64,000 nt of DNA from Sphyrna mokarran (GCA_024679065.1 JAGIQG010000021.1:41850001-41914000); one strand, 5' to 3'; counted from the stretch's first letter, positions 1 through 12,374 are shown. A program made the numbers and translations. The notes: generated by a model not told the origin, from the letters alone.

Positions 1-14
1 TCTTAGAAATTTAC

Positions 15-315
15 CTTCAGCGGTTGCAGCATAGAGATGAGCCAGTAGTTTCACTGATGATTTCTGGAATAGCCCAGTTACAGTTTCATTCAGAGGGTCC
101 TTGTTCTTTTCCAGCCAGCCATTAATGTTATAGTCCACAGTGCCAGCATAATGGACCAGTGAGAAGTGAGCTTCAGGCTTTCCTTTGGCAGGCTTGGGTT
201 TCTGGAAGTTGTTTGACTTCCCAAGATGCTGATCATATAGCTTATTCTTGAAAGTGGTGTCTGAGGCCTTGGGGAACATGCACTCCTCTTCCAGGATTGA
301 GAAGATACCCATTGG
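15..315 (-). CDS. MYH: MYH exon 16 ([17 protein letters not shown]...HYAGTVDY...[11 protein letters not shown])
   Basis: 301 nt, ctccag / GTAAAT. Confidence 0.95.
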
Positions 316-395
316 CTGGAGCAATGATAAAGATAGTTAACATTGAGACACTTACCCTAATTAAATAGTGTCCACATTAATATATTTCAGTTCTA

Positions 396-611
<216 letters not shown>

Positions 612-702
612 TTAATGTTTCCTTTAAGTGTTGGATTGTGTTTTTTATTGCAGTAAAGTTTCAGTAATTTATTTTGTTGATATTTATGTTTCTAATTCTT
701 AC

Positions 703-852
703 ATCAAAAATTTCAAATCCAGCAATATCCAGCACACCAATGAAGAACTGTCTGGCCTGTTTTGTATCTAATTGCTGATTGATACGGATAACCATCCACA
801 AGAACATTTTCTCAAAAATGGATTTGGAAAGGGCACCAACTGCATTGTAGAC
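703..852 (-). CDS. MYH: MYH exon 14 ([10 protein letters not shown]...[12 protein letters not shown])
   Basis: 150 nt, tttcag / GTAAGA. Confidence 0.97.
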
Positions 853-946
853 CTGAAAGAATACATTAATCATTTTAGCAAAAACCTTAAGTAAATATAT
901 TCAAGATTTACACAGATGTCATTTTACAAAATTCTTCAAAGTTTAC

Positions 947-1065
947 CTGCTGAACAGTTTGACCTTTGGTCACAAATTCATTGCCAACCTTCACTCTTGG
1001 AAAACATAAAGCTTTTAGCAAATCAGCAGAGTTGAGTCCAGTCAGGTAAGCAACCTTGTCGGCAT
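947..1065 (-). CDS. MYH: MYH exon 13 ([40 protein letters not shown])
   Basis: 119 nt, ttattag / GTAAAC. Confidence 0.96.
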
Positions 1066-1629
1066 CTAATAAAATAGAAATGACAATCCAGTATATTTGT
1101 GTACAACATCTAATTTTATACTTGGAATGCGATAATGGAATAAACACTGAGAAGTAACATTTTCTTATGTTTAGTTCAGATGCCTTACGTTGGTGCTGGA
1201 ATGTTTTGTGATGCAGGGCTGGTGTCTCTAAGTCAAAGTCTCTAAGACTCTAAGTCAAAGCTCTGTGTTCAATCCCCACTGCAGGATTTCAAGTCTGAAA
1301 AAAGTTCATGCATAATATGAACTGACAGGTCACATATCAACCTGCATATCCTTTCAACACATGACACTGGCAGGCAGTAAGAATGGGAGAGATTCCTGGT
1401 CAACCTTATGATGGAAGGAATAATATTACTATGCAAAGCTCCTGACTGCACCATGAGTGTAAAATGCATATTGCCATAGAAACCCTGAGTGACCATAAAT
1501 CAATATATATGTATTTTCGATCACAAATTTTCAAAACAGTATTGAAGACAATACAGACGTCAGATTGACAAATGGAAAATTTTGTTCCTGTAACAAATAG
1601 GGAATGTTATGTCATCTCTTTCATTTATG

Positions 1630-1835
1630 CAACTCTAGCTCAGTTGGCTAGCTGACTAGGTTGTGATGCAGAATAATGTCTACAGCATGGGTCCAATTTT
1701 CATACTGGCTGTAATAGTTCATGGAGGCTTCTTTTCTCACCATGCCAGCTCAAGCTGTTTATAACCAACAGTCTCTCTCTCTCTCTATATATATATTGGA
1801 GAGAGAGATACCTATAGTCCGTTGTGACTATGCCC
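1630..1835 (+). mobile_element. Decayed tRNA-derived SINE in MYH intron 12
   Basis: tagctcagttgg A-box-like and gggtccaatt B-box-like motifs; (TC)n/(GA)n tract near the 3' end. Confidence 0.45.
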
Positions 1836-2292
1836 AAAATGAGAGTACTCGCACTCGTTTATATCACAGGATATCATACTTTACTTTTTAATTGCAATCA
1901 GTCACGTTTTATGTATGCAGAGTAATTATGATGTAACATTTGTTGTATTAGTTGTATCCTGAGAAGGATTCCTCTGCCATTTTTCAGGGATTGCCATCCT
2001 GATTCACCCCTGTTTTCCAGTGGAATCTATTGTTTTTTTTCTTGTTATCCAAGTATTAGGCAGAAACTTATTAAATTACCAGCTGTGAACGAAAAAAAAA
2101 GGTGTTTGCTGGCAGAAAACCTAAACCATATAGTGCTCAGTTTTCCTATACACGGAACAGATAAGTATACAAATAAATATAAGTGCAGAAACATAGACAC
2201 ACAGGTGAATGAGCACACACATGCACGTACATACACACATGAACGTGTACACACAGGTTTGAAAAAAGCGAAGTCCCAAAACCTTCAATTTG

Positions 2293-2334
2293 CAGAAACA
2301 ATAGTCTCAGAAACAATAGTCTCAGAAACAATAG
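2293..2334. repeat. 15-bp tandem repeat (CAGAAACAATAGTCT x ~2.8)
   Basis: Direct inspection. Confidence 0.85.
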
Positions 2335-3354
2335 CCAGTTGGTAATGTTCAGTATATCTGGATGAAATAGCTGATTATAGGACAGTGTTCTCCATCTCTG
2401 CAATCTAACTGACTGAAGGGATCATGATACTAACCACAAACGGAGATACTGGACTAACAAAGGAGAAGCAGATAATTTCTTCCACATTTAAGAATGGCCC
2501 AGATTTTATAGTGATAATGGCAGCAAGGCTGTTGGCGTTCACCATTATTGCCCTACTGAAACTGGCAGACACTTTAGGAGTCTACACATGCACAGAATAA
2601 TGTGGAAAACCAGAAGTTACTGTCAGTCATTCAAGATTTCCCCACAGTCTGTGACATTGAGTCCCCAATCTGCTACCAAGGGAATTGAACTAATGAGCAT
2701 TTCCTCTCTGATACTGTTAGTTTCTCTCAAAATCACTGAAAAAAAATACAGCTTGTTGGATGACATGTCACTGGGCTTTTAATTGTGTATTATATTCATA
2801 ATTACTGTTAAGTAGCCTCACTTGTCCTGGAAGATTAATTTCATACTTATTCAATGTAAGGTTTCAGATATAACAATATTCTTATTAGGAGGATAAGTAC
2901 TTCCACTTTTTACAAAAAGGCTCTTTTTACAGCATGATAACATGATACTTTAGATTCTGTCTTTATGCAATCCTAATCAATAATTTCACTATTTGGAGAT
3001 TTAAATAAAAAATTAAGAGATAAAGTTTTTCTAACTTCCTGGTTACTGTCTGGAAGAGCACTTCAGTGTATTTGGCTGATTTTCCTCCATGGTGACCTCA
3101 CTTCTACGGCACACCTTGTAATTGCCTTACTTTGGCAGCAGATTGTCAGGAAGGGGAGGGTATTGCCATAGACATCACAAGAGCTTTCTTTGAGACCAGC
3201 AGTGCAAATCTGACCCAGCATTTTTCCAAAATGTTAAAATAACACTTGTATCATACAAGATTATAAATTGAAATACACTGTGTCTCAGAATATTATTCTG
3301 AACATCTATACTTTAGTAAATACTGTAGTGATGTGAGATGTATGAAACTATTAC

Positions 3355-3493
3355 CTTCTGTGCCATCTGGCTCGGCCTGCTCCTCACGTTGTTTTTGCTT
3401 GAATTTCATGTTTCCAAAGTGCATTACTGCACCAGTGAGTTTGTAGATGCTCCATTTCTCATCACTGGTGAAGCCCAAGATATCAATGGCAGT
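3355..3493 (-). CDS. MYH: MYH exon 12 (TAIDILGF...[15 protein letters not shown])
   Basis: 139 nt, tttaaag / GTAATA. Confidence 0.95.
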
Positions 3494-3846
3494 CTTTAAA
3501 CCCAAACAATAGATTTAGAGTCCAACAAAAATTAATTATTTGTTAGAACTGGAAACAGTTTTAAACATTTAGAAACCTTTCATCTACTTAATTATGGATA
3601 AAAAGAAGTGTACTTTAAAATATCGTTCTGCTATATTTTACTCAAAATATTCTACATTTTCATCTCATTTCTGATGACATTGCTTGATTTTGTTCTGTCA
3701 GTGTATATTCCATATCATTTTCATTCTAGACATGTTTTATGCTAGTAAAAGAAGGGTTGGTGCAGACTGCCTGAATTTTTAAATACATTAGGGAGGCACA
3801 AGTCAGGATAAGAAAATACAACTGCAGATGAACGGCTGATACTCAC

Positions 3847-3950
3847 ATCAGTCGCCACCAATTCTTCTGTATCGTCAATACTACTAACGGAAACCTCACC
3901 CTGGCTGATGAAGTGATAATCATAAGGATTGGTGGTAATGAGACAACTCT
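3847..3950 (-). CDS. MYH: MYH exon 11 ([35 protein letters not shown])
   Basis: 104 nt, ctgcag / GTGAGT. Confidence 0.96.
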
Positions 3951-4292
3951 CTGCAGAAAGCAAAACAAATGTTTTATTGGAGCAATTGTGATAAAGGGAA
4001 TGAAACTTGTGTATCATTCGATTTTATAGTTAGGCTTTCCCTCTTCCACTCAGACAACCTGATTCAGTTTCAATTCGCCATTTGACTGGTATTCATTATA
4101 CTGACAAACTAATGGTTAGATTTGGAAGGTGAATGTCAGGTAAAGTTGACAAATAATATCAATCAATTAGAAGAATACACCAGATATTACTTCAAATGAC
4201 ATTAAGGTACATTTACTGTATTAAAACTAATCATTTCAACCTGGCAAAGTACAGAAATGAAGGGAGCAACTTGCCAAAACTTCCATCCTTAC

Positions 4293-4391
4293 CAACAATT
4301 TCTGGTTTGTGATTGGTCATCATCTGATAGAAAATGTGGTAACTCCTTTCTGCTTTTAGCTGGAATGTTACTCTGGATTTTTCCAATAGAT
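4293..4391 (-). CDS. MYH: MYH exon 10 ([33 protein letters not shown])
   Basis: 99 nt, ctctag / GTAAGG. Confidence 0.97.
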
Positions 4392-4482
4392 CTAGAGAGA
4401 ATGTATACATACAAATATAGATTCACTGAAGAACCTATGTGTGTTGAAAATTTGATTGGCTGATATTTATAAATAAAATTCA

Positions 4483-4575
<93 letters not shown>

Positions 4576-4738
4576 TTAAATCAGAGATTTAAAGCATAAT
4601 TTCACAACAGGTGCACAATTGAGTTTGTGTTGAATCATCCATTGTAGTACTTATTATAATCAAGTTCTAATAAGTGTCGTACACACTCCGTGTAGGGCTC
4701 CGATTGATGCAACTGTAGGAAATGTGCTGGAAACTTAC

Positions 4739-4831
4739 GAAGCGAGACGAGTTGTCATTCCTCACGGTCTTGGCGTTACCGAAGGCTTCCAGCAGCGGGT
4801 TGGCCTGGATGATTTGATCCTCCAGGGAGCC
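4739..4831 (-). CDS. MYH: MYH exon 8 ([31 protein letters not shown])
   Basis: 93 nt, tttacag / GTAAGT. Confidence 0.97.
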
Positions 4832-4928
4832 CTGTAAAAACATCAGGAGTTGGAGCATTTACCGAGTCAAAAAATGAATTACAGCCAAACAGCTAAAATG
4901 ACCAATTTTACACCACCAATGTTTTTAC

Positions 4929-5034
4929 CTTCCCGGAAGTGTCTTTCTTCTTGGCGTCCCCTGCCGCTGCAACTGATGCAAAGTACTGAATGACACGTTT
5001 CGTGTTCACAGTCTTTCCGGCACCAGATTCTCCG
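4929..5034 (-). CDS. MYH: MYH exon 7 (P-loop GESGAGKT and loop 1 [11 protein letters not shown])
   Basis: 106 nt, gtccag / GTAAAA; keeps frame. Confidence 0.95.
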
Positions 5035-5145
5035 CTGGACAGGGCAGGAGTAGAAAACAAATCGTAATTACCGGAGACGATTAAAAATACCGGAGTCAAT
5101 TCCAATTGCATTAATTTGCTGAAAAGTTGAAGCAGTAACACTTAC

Positions 5146-5173
5146 GTGATCAAAATGGACTGGTTTTCACGAT
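5146..5173 (-). CDS. MYH: MYH exon 6 (DRENQSILIT)
   Basis: 28 nt, tttgcag / GTAAGT. Confidence 0.96.
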
Positions 5174-5222
5174 CTGCAAATAAGATGAAGGTGAGATCAA
5201 AGTTTAGATCACTGAGATTTCA

Positions 5223-5459
<237 letters not shown>

Positions 5460-5519
5460 CTACGGTAAGAGAAAACGTGTCTTATAAAGGAAGGGTCGCT
5501 GATTTGTTCAATGATACGT

Positions 5520-6120
5520 TTCATTTTGGAACTGAAAAGCGGCTGCAAGACTGAGACCTGGGGATTCTCATAGACGAACACTTCGAGGTGACAGGACAAA
5601 TTAATAATGCTGTCCTCCTTGGCTTTTAGACCTCGAGAGCAAGGACGTTATGCTAACCCTTGCCTAAATCTCCGATTGCATCTCAGTTGGAGTATTGTGT
5701 GGATTCACTTTCTGGAGGACCGCATGTGAATTCAGAGGCGATTATGGATGAGTGACTTCAGGTGTGGGAATAAGATGGGATTTTTGTTCCCGTTATAGCG
5801 AAGCAACTTAAATATAGATTCAACAGAAACGTTCAGAATTACAAAAGATTTGATAAAGTTAAACCATTTCAGCTGGCAGGAGGGCGAAGGACCAGAATTA
5901 GCCATGGAATCGACCAGAGGATAGGTGGAATTTATTTTATGCACAGGGTGTTATTGGGATCTGTATTGCGCTGTATGAAACACTGATCAGATTCAATTTT
6001 TAAAAAAAAGTGCGCTCGAAATAAAAACAAATGTGTAGGTGTGCTAGAAAAGAGTGAGGAGAGTGCCACTAATTAGATTGGCCTTACACTAAGTGCACTT
6101 CCGCGCAGTATGATGCTCTT
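5520..6120 (+). mobile_element. Old CR1 LINE 3' fragment in MYH intron 4
   Basis: Decayed CR1 RT tail motifs (ctcagttggagtattgtg, atttgataaagt, ttttatgcacagggtgtt..ggatctg). Confidence 0.6.
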
Positions 6121-6143
6121 GTCTGAAGCTCCCCGGTACTTAC

Positions 6144-6287
6144 ATAGATCATCCAGGCTGCATAACGCTCTTTGAGGTTATACAGCACAGCTGCTTCATT
6201 CAAGTGGGTCAACATGGCCATATCCTCGATTTTATCGAATTTCGGAGGGTTCATTGGGAAGACTTGGTCTTCTTTAACAGTTAACGT
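6144..6287 (-). CDS. MYH: MYH exon 4 ([48 protein letters not shown])
   Basis: 144 nt, ttttcag / GTAAGT. Confidence 0.97.
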
Positions 6288-6384
6288 CTGAAAAAAAGTC
6301 CGATGTTGATTAAAGAGATTTGGGTTTTGTGAAGACAGGAAAGCATTTCAGGATGATTTACTTATTTTCAATTTTTCAACTGAC

Positions 6385-6588
6385 CCTCTTGTCCAGGAGT
6401 GTCTCCACGGTGGCTTTACCACCCTCTTTGCTCTTGATTGTACCTTTCACATACAATTCTTTACTATCGATCACATAGCAGGCCGTTTTAGCGTCGAATG
6501 GTAGGTTCTGAGCTTCCAATCGCTCCTTATCAGGTTTGCGGAGGTAAATCGCTGCCTCTCCAAACACTGCCATTTCCGCATCCGTCAT
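6385..6588 (-). CDS. MYH: MYH exon 3, first coding part ([18 protein letters not shown]...ETLLDKR)
   Basis: ATG at 6588; 204 nt; donor GTCAGT at 6384; probable acceptor tttatag giving exon start 6625. Confidence 0.96.
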
Positions 6589-7009
6589 GGTTGCGATTTA
6601 CTGTCCAAACACAAGTGGTGTATGTCTATAAATGCTATCTCCAATTGAAAAGGAACACTCAATTGTTGTTAATATGTCCTCTGGACAATTAGAATTTCCC
6701 GACATAATGACCCCGCATTCAGTCCATTTTGAGCCCGTGTGAATTCGGATTACCGCTGTTGAGTGTGAATGGAGGGCTTTCATCTCACTGCGTTCAGTTA
6801 ATTCTGCTCCTGATAGCTATTCTGCAACACTAAGTTGGCTTAATGGTCTAAGGGCTGTCAAAATCGTAGCGTGACACATCTACTAAATTGTATAAAATAC
6901 ATCTCCCCGGTTTAATTGAGCGATTGATTGTATGTCAAACCTCGTATCTTTGGCCGCGCTTATATGAACTGAACTAGGTTAAAAGAATCCGTTTGTCACG
7001 TCCCTATCC

Positions 7010-7112
7010 AACTCCTCTCTCACTCTCTCTGCTGATGCTGTCAGACCTGCTGTTTTTTTTCCCAGCATTTTTTATTTTTAATTTGGATTTCCAACATCCA
7101 GAGGATTTTGCC
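7010..7112 (+). mobile_element. Penelope-like family B terminal fragment
   Basis: gatgctgtcagacctgctg...ccagcattt...ttccaacatc, shared with 23035-23130 and 26880-26955. Confidence 0.65.
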
Positions 7113-7115
7113 TCA

Positions 7116-7373
7116 AAAGTTAATTTATTCGTGTCACAAGTAGACTTACATTAACACTGCAATGAAGTTACTGTGAAAATCATTCACACTCTGATGCCTG
7201 TTCCGGAATACTGAGGGAGAATTTAGCATGGCCAATGCACCCTAACAGCGCGTCTTTTGGACTGTAGAAGGAAACTGGAGCATCTGGAGCAAGCCCATGC
7301 AGACACGGGGAGAATGTGCAAACTTCACACAGGCAGTGACTTAAGCTGCGAATCGAACCTGGGTCCCTCGTGC
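7116..7373 (-). mobile_element. HE1-like V-SINE (tail type 2)
   Basis: V-core plus ttcacagtaacttcattgcagtgttaatgtaag tail. Confidence 0.85.
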
Positions 7374-7397
7374 AAATTTCTATCTGTGCATATATTC

Positions 7398-7613
7398 TAC
7401 AACACCAATTTTAAATCCAACTGATTTATTTGATAGTAAATTCGCGAGCTTTCGACTCTATAGCCTTCGTCAGGCAAAACGAAGGTTATTGCCTGACGAA
7501 GGCTGTAGAGTCGAAAGCTCGCGAATTTACTATCAAATAAATTGGTTGGATTTAAAATTGGTGTTGTAAACCTTTACTGAGTTTACCCCAGTCCAACGCC
7601 GGCTTCTCTACAT
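7398..7613. mobile_element. Young Penelope-like (family A) fold-back insertion with hammerhead motifs in both arms
   Basis: 80-bp inverted arms 7398-7477 / 7489-7568 (3 mismatches); TSD CATATATTCTACA at 7389-7401 and 7614-7626. Confidence 0.9.
7440..7478 (-). ncRNA. Minimal type I hammerhead ribozyme motif (Penelope-associated)
   Basis: UUUGC-CUGACGA-A-GGCU(AUAG)AGUC-GAAA-GCUC-GCGAA. Confidence 0.7.
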
Positions 7614-8114
7614 CATATATTCTACAGCCAGGATCTACCTGTATTCAGCTTATTCTCTGGAAAAAGTTCAATTTTGTGACTGATAAATTGTCTTTATAAC
7701 ATGACAATAACCTTCGTCGTCGTCCTTTCCACCCCACCCACTAGCCGCTTGCATTGTAACCACAGGTTCACCCTACCGATTCATTTTCTGCTGTTAACAC
7801 CCAATCATAGAATTGTTACAGAGGAAACGCTCTGCACCAGTTCTCCCAAATAAGCAATTGACTTTCGTGGCACTGTCCTGCCTTCTTATTCAATAACATC
7901 GTATCTCTTCACTTTACATCTGGAGTGCATTCAGGTATGTCTACCTACGTGATTGCAACCGAAACAAAATACAAAGATGTACTAATGCACCGCAGATTCA
8001 AATCTGTGTGAGTAACCCAAGTGAAATGTCAACTGCACCGAAGTGGGGGTATCATAAGTCCCTGGCAAAGTTCTACAATGTTAGTTTGAGTTTAGTGACA
8101 TTGTGTCCGCATAC

Positions 8115-8174
8115 CTTGGTTATCTCCACACACCAACAGAAGGGAAATAAAGAACGACTTCAGCAACGGCTGCA
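8115..8174 (-). other. MYH: MYH non-coding exon 2 (5' UTR)
   Basis: Acceptor ttccttttgcag and donor AAG/GTATGC; fits the two-UTR-exon layout of vertebrate MYH genes. Confidence 0.7.
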
Positions 8175-8462
8175 CTGCAAAAGGAATAATTAGAAAACAT
8201 TAGCCTGATATTTTATTCAACGCATTAATTATCTGTAACCCACTGAAATAGCTCTGCTCATCATTTTTCAACTTGTATCGCGGTTTTCTTTTTTAATACA
8301 GTCTGCACTGACATCACAGCAAGCGTTCGGCAACGTGTCTAGACTCAGGGGATAATGTATTTAACAGCATTAAGTATGTTAAACTATGGCGGAGCTGAAA
8401 AAGACTAGCGACAGCATCTTTGTTAATGAGAAAAGCAGCAGCAGCATCATTGAAATACATAC

Positions 8463-8487
8463 GGGTGAAGCTGAGAGGGTAGGTGAT
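8463..8487 (-). other. MYH: MYH non-coding exon 1 (TSS approximate)
   Basis: Starts ~25-30 nt downstream of TATAAA; donor GTATGT at 8462. Confidence 0.65.
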
Positions 8488-8509
8488 TGGTGACTTCCCC
8501 CGCTGCATC

Positions 8510-8515
8510 TTTATA
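8510..8515 (-). promoter_or_regulatory. TATA box of MYH promoter
   Basis: GTCTATAAAGATG on the minus strand, at the expected distance from candidate exon 1. Confidence 0.75.
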
Positions 8516-8654
8516 GACAACCTCATTTTGCTGGCGCAGCAGAGCAAGCCTCTATATTTGTCCTACAAAGGACTTGATTCCCACCACCGCCACCCCTCCC
8601 CCTCCCCCTGACCTGCTTACCCCATCAAAATAAAACTCGCTTTCTCGTCCGAGG

Positions 8655-8664
8655 CTATTTTTAA
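8655..8664. promoter_or_regulatory. MEF2 site in MYH proximal promoter
   Basis: CTATTTTTAA matches YTA(W)4TAR, ~140 bp upstream of the TATA box; an AT-rich CAAATATAG element lies at ~8552-8560. Confidence 0.65.
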
Positions 8665-9149
8665 GAACGGGACGTCGGTCTGCACATATGGGGGAAAAAA
8701 ATGTCCTGGCTTTCTTCCAGCCAGTAAACATCTGAAAAAGTATTAGAAAATTAAGACCGCGTTTTTAACCGAGCGCAAGAATCCTTCGGTAACCTGTTTT
8801 GAGTTCAAAGCTTAAGCAAAAGAAAAGTGGTCACATTGGCTGAATTTTCAGCGGCATTAAAGTGACCCGTTGGTCGCATGGGTTCAGATGCTTCCCCACT
8901 TCTAGTTGAGTCTCATTATTTTCCGTATCTTTCCGTTCAGGGATATTTCAATTTACAATTCAGCAGGTTCCTGAATCTGATTTTTTTAGCCATCGAAACC
9001 TTCAGATAACTGGAACATTTCGGTTAATTCACTTAACCGATAGAGTGATGGTTCCCCCTACCTCATCACTACCAGTATATATTTAAAGACTTGCGAGCAT
9101 ATTCCGTCAATTTCGCCTTTAGTTTTGATGCGCTGACTCTGGGACTGAA

Positions 9150-9375
9150 TGTGGAGATGCCGGCGTTGGACTGGGATAAACACAGTAAGAAGTCTCACAA
9201 CATCAGGTTAAAGTCCTAAAGTTCATTTGGTAGCAAAAGCCACCAGTGGGAATTACCCACTTACCTGACGAAGGAGCGGCGCTCCGAAGACTAATGGCTT
9301 TTGCTAGCAAATAAAACCTGTTGGAATTTAACCTGGTGCTGTGTTTACCTCAGTCCAACGCCGGCAAATCCACAT
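9150..9375. mobile_element. Penelope-like family A fold-back insertion upstream of MYH promoter
   Basis: Inverted ends atgtggagatgccggcgttggactg / cagtccaacgccggcaaatccacat; core ctgacgaaggagcggcgctccgaag; TSD tctggga(c/a)tgaa. Confidence 0.85.
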
Positions 9376-9679
9376 CTGGGAATGAAGCCAGGTCGCTTGT
9401 GTGAGGTAGGTTTCACAGAGGACTCACCGGCTGCAGTACAACTGCAAATTGAGGTGACATTTTGAACCTCCCGGGTGTGCTTTTTTTTGTTTTAGATAGC
9501 AGCAGCGTGTGCTGCTGAAACTGCAATTGATTGTGTGAAGTTATATCTGAATAGCTGTAAGTGCGGGAAAAATTAAAATGGTGCAAGACTGAGATGAACG
9601 GGTTGTTGTTGGACGAGGGGTATTGATCAAAGTGTTGGTATTGGAAGAACAGATCAGCCATGATCCGGTTGAATGAGGA

Positions 9680-10220
9680 ACCGGCTCCAGGTCCTTCAAC
9701 AACAACATGTATGTAAAAAAAAGTCTCAACTCGCTTTACAAGAATGTTATAAAGTAAAATTTGACAGGGTACTAAAACTTTATTAAGTCAGGCGCCCATG
9801 AGCTTGGTCAAATAGATTTTACGGACTGTCTAAAAGGACGAAAGTGAGGTAGACAGAGCAAGAAGCTTAAGGAAGGAATTTCGGAGCTTGGCAGATCGGC
9901 AGCTGAAGGCATGGAGCGATTAAATTTGGGATGTGCACGAGGTCAAAATGATACCAGTATGGACACCTTGAAGGGTTTGGGGGCTGGAGGAGAATACAGT
10001 GATAATGAGAGACCAGGGCATGGGGAGATTTGAAAACAAGTGTGAGATATTTTGATGGAAAGCCAGTGCAGGTCATTGACACAGCGGTGATGAGAGAATG
10101 GGATTTGGTGAGACTAAGGATATGGACAGCAGAGATTTGGATGACCTCAAGAATAGAAGGTAACATTTGGGAGACCAGCTAAAGTGGGAATAGTCATACT
10201 TAAAGACAACAAAAGACAAT
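9680..10220 (-). mobile_element. L2 LINE 3' fragment
   Basis: Typical L2 antisense signature (ggagatttgaaaacaag, gggctggaggag, ttttggatgacctcaag-like). Confidence 0.6.
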
Positions 10221-12374
10221 GAGCATTGTCCCATCTTTGTATCAATGAATAGGTTTGAAATGTATATGGATGTAATGGTAACACTTTGAGTAATCAGGAT
10301 TTGATTTAATTTCTGAAATGATTAGCACCATGTCTAACATGATTGTAATTTTTTTCAAATGCTGAAACAATCCAATCGATCAATGTGTAGTGTATTGTAA
10401 AGACAAAATTGAATCATTTTGATGTAATTAGAAAGTGTGTTTTTCCATTAATATTTCTGCTAACAATATAAATAGCTGTTAGAGAGAGTTCATCTGCATG
10501 AACATCAATCTCAGACCTGTAGAACTAATGATGTATAATCACTTTATATTGACATATTATTGGTGTCATTTAAGACTCAGATTAGCAGTCGGACCTCTCA
10601 CAGATTCATAGTTTACTGATATCCAGGTAGTCCACTAGACCAGCTGGAGACCTTATAAAATAAATTAGAATTATTATAGCACTATGTGAATTCTCAGAAC
10701 ATCGAATGGTCCTGACCAGGAAGCAGAGGTCATCTGTTTTCAGAAAGTTCTATTACTTGATTTGGATACAACGCACAGCAGATTATATCACCAGTCGGAG
10801 ATGAATCCAAAGTTTTAAATAGTGCTACATAGTCCAATAGTTCTCCTATGCATATTTTAAACCATATAGTGAGTCTAGTTAATGTTCCAACGAGTCCTTC
10901 ACAGGCTGTCGCCTGCTGTGTCATAACATTATAAAAGAACAGTAGAGGGCAGCAAAGCTCTCTCTGGACATTAGGTGAGCAATGTGCTGCCAGGAATGCA
11001 TCTACTCTGCACTAATAACTCTTTAGTTACTTAGCTGATTATTGTGACTGTAGCTGTTCCTACAGCATTTTAAGCTTTTGCTTTCAAAATGGAAGTAGGC
11101 TAAATGATAGTGAGCATTGAATTTTATAGTTAGTGCAAAGTTTCCAAAGAGTGAAGAACGAGAAAACCACAAATTCTGGAAATATGAAGCAGAAATCATT
11201 AATTCTAGAAATACAGTGCAAGTTCTGCAGCATTTACAAAGACAAAAGATCTGATTGATACTTTGGATATAAACTTTTTGAAGAGAACTTATCTGAAACA
11301 TTAAGGTGCCATTTGTTGATTTAATAAATTCATTTTGTATTTCCTGCAATTTCTACTTTTGTTAAAAATGCAACAGTTGACATTTGTCTGTGATTTGAAA
11401 TTTAGAAAATTACTTTAATAACCAACTAAATTAAATTTAAAATAACATTTGCAAATTTCAATCACAAAGATTAAATTCTAACAGAGGATGGAAATATAAC
11501 ATAATTAAAGTTTTATGGACCCAACAGCAGGGTTTATAAAACACGAGTTTTATAAATTATATGTGTTGTTAGCCGAATGATTTCTATCAGATATTTTCCC
11601 AAAAGGTCGGCTGTGAGAAGGCTAAGTCACAAGCAATTTGTTAATAATGACTCTGCTCAGTTCTGTTTCGAATTCTATGAATCCAATGGTCAAATTACAT
11701 CTATACAGCTTTTTTGACACAGCTTTCAATAAATTTTGTTTTTGACAAGCATGTATCCCCTTCCATCCTTGGCAACATCATCACTCTTGAGTGCATCAGC
11801 ATACCAGCTACATTATTAGAATTCTCAAAAGTCTAACACGTGCTGTGCACCCAGCAGAAAACTTTGTGAAGGAAATAATGCCAGCAAAAGAACGTGAGTT
11901 GTGAAAGTGTTACCATTTTCCTCCTGGTTGTTTAACCTTATTTTTACATAATGAAAATATATCATAATTGTGGAAACAGCTTTCTTAGGCGACTAACCTT
12001 TATTGACAGAGCAACCTCGAAGGAACACTGTCCTGACCTTCTCAAATATGAGTTGCCCCAGATCAGCTGTGCAGTTACCGTGCTACTATTTTAGACATGC
12101 TGTCTTTCGTAGTTTTTCTACTTCTTATCGTATGATGTTACAACTTCTACAGTTCTTTAAATAACTGCAGATCTAATCTAAATTGAGGGGAAAATCTTTT
12201 ATTTTACAAAAAGATAGTTAATAGATGTTGACAAGTGTTTCCTTAACCTTCTTGAACAATAAAATTGGAAAGTAAATACTAATTTTATAAGTCATTGCAA
12301 GTAATTTAATTGCAAGCCTATGAATAAAGGACTCTCCATCTACTTATAGTTGTGTCTTAGTGCAAAGGATGACT

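Noticed and set aside
2293-2334. CRISPR-like repeat
   Set aside because: Head-to-tail 15-bp minisatellite with no spacers, in a vertebrate intron.
7398-7568. MyomiR (miR-208/499/736) hairpin in a myosin intron
   Set aside because: The hairpin is Penelope-derived, with TSD and copies elsewhere; myomiRs lie in later introns of slow/cardiac MYH genes, outside this window.
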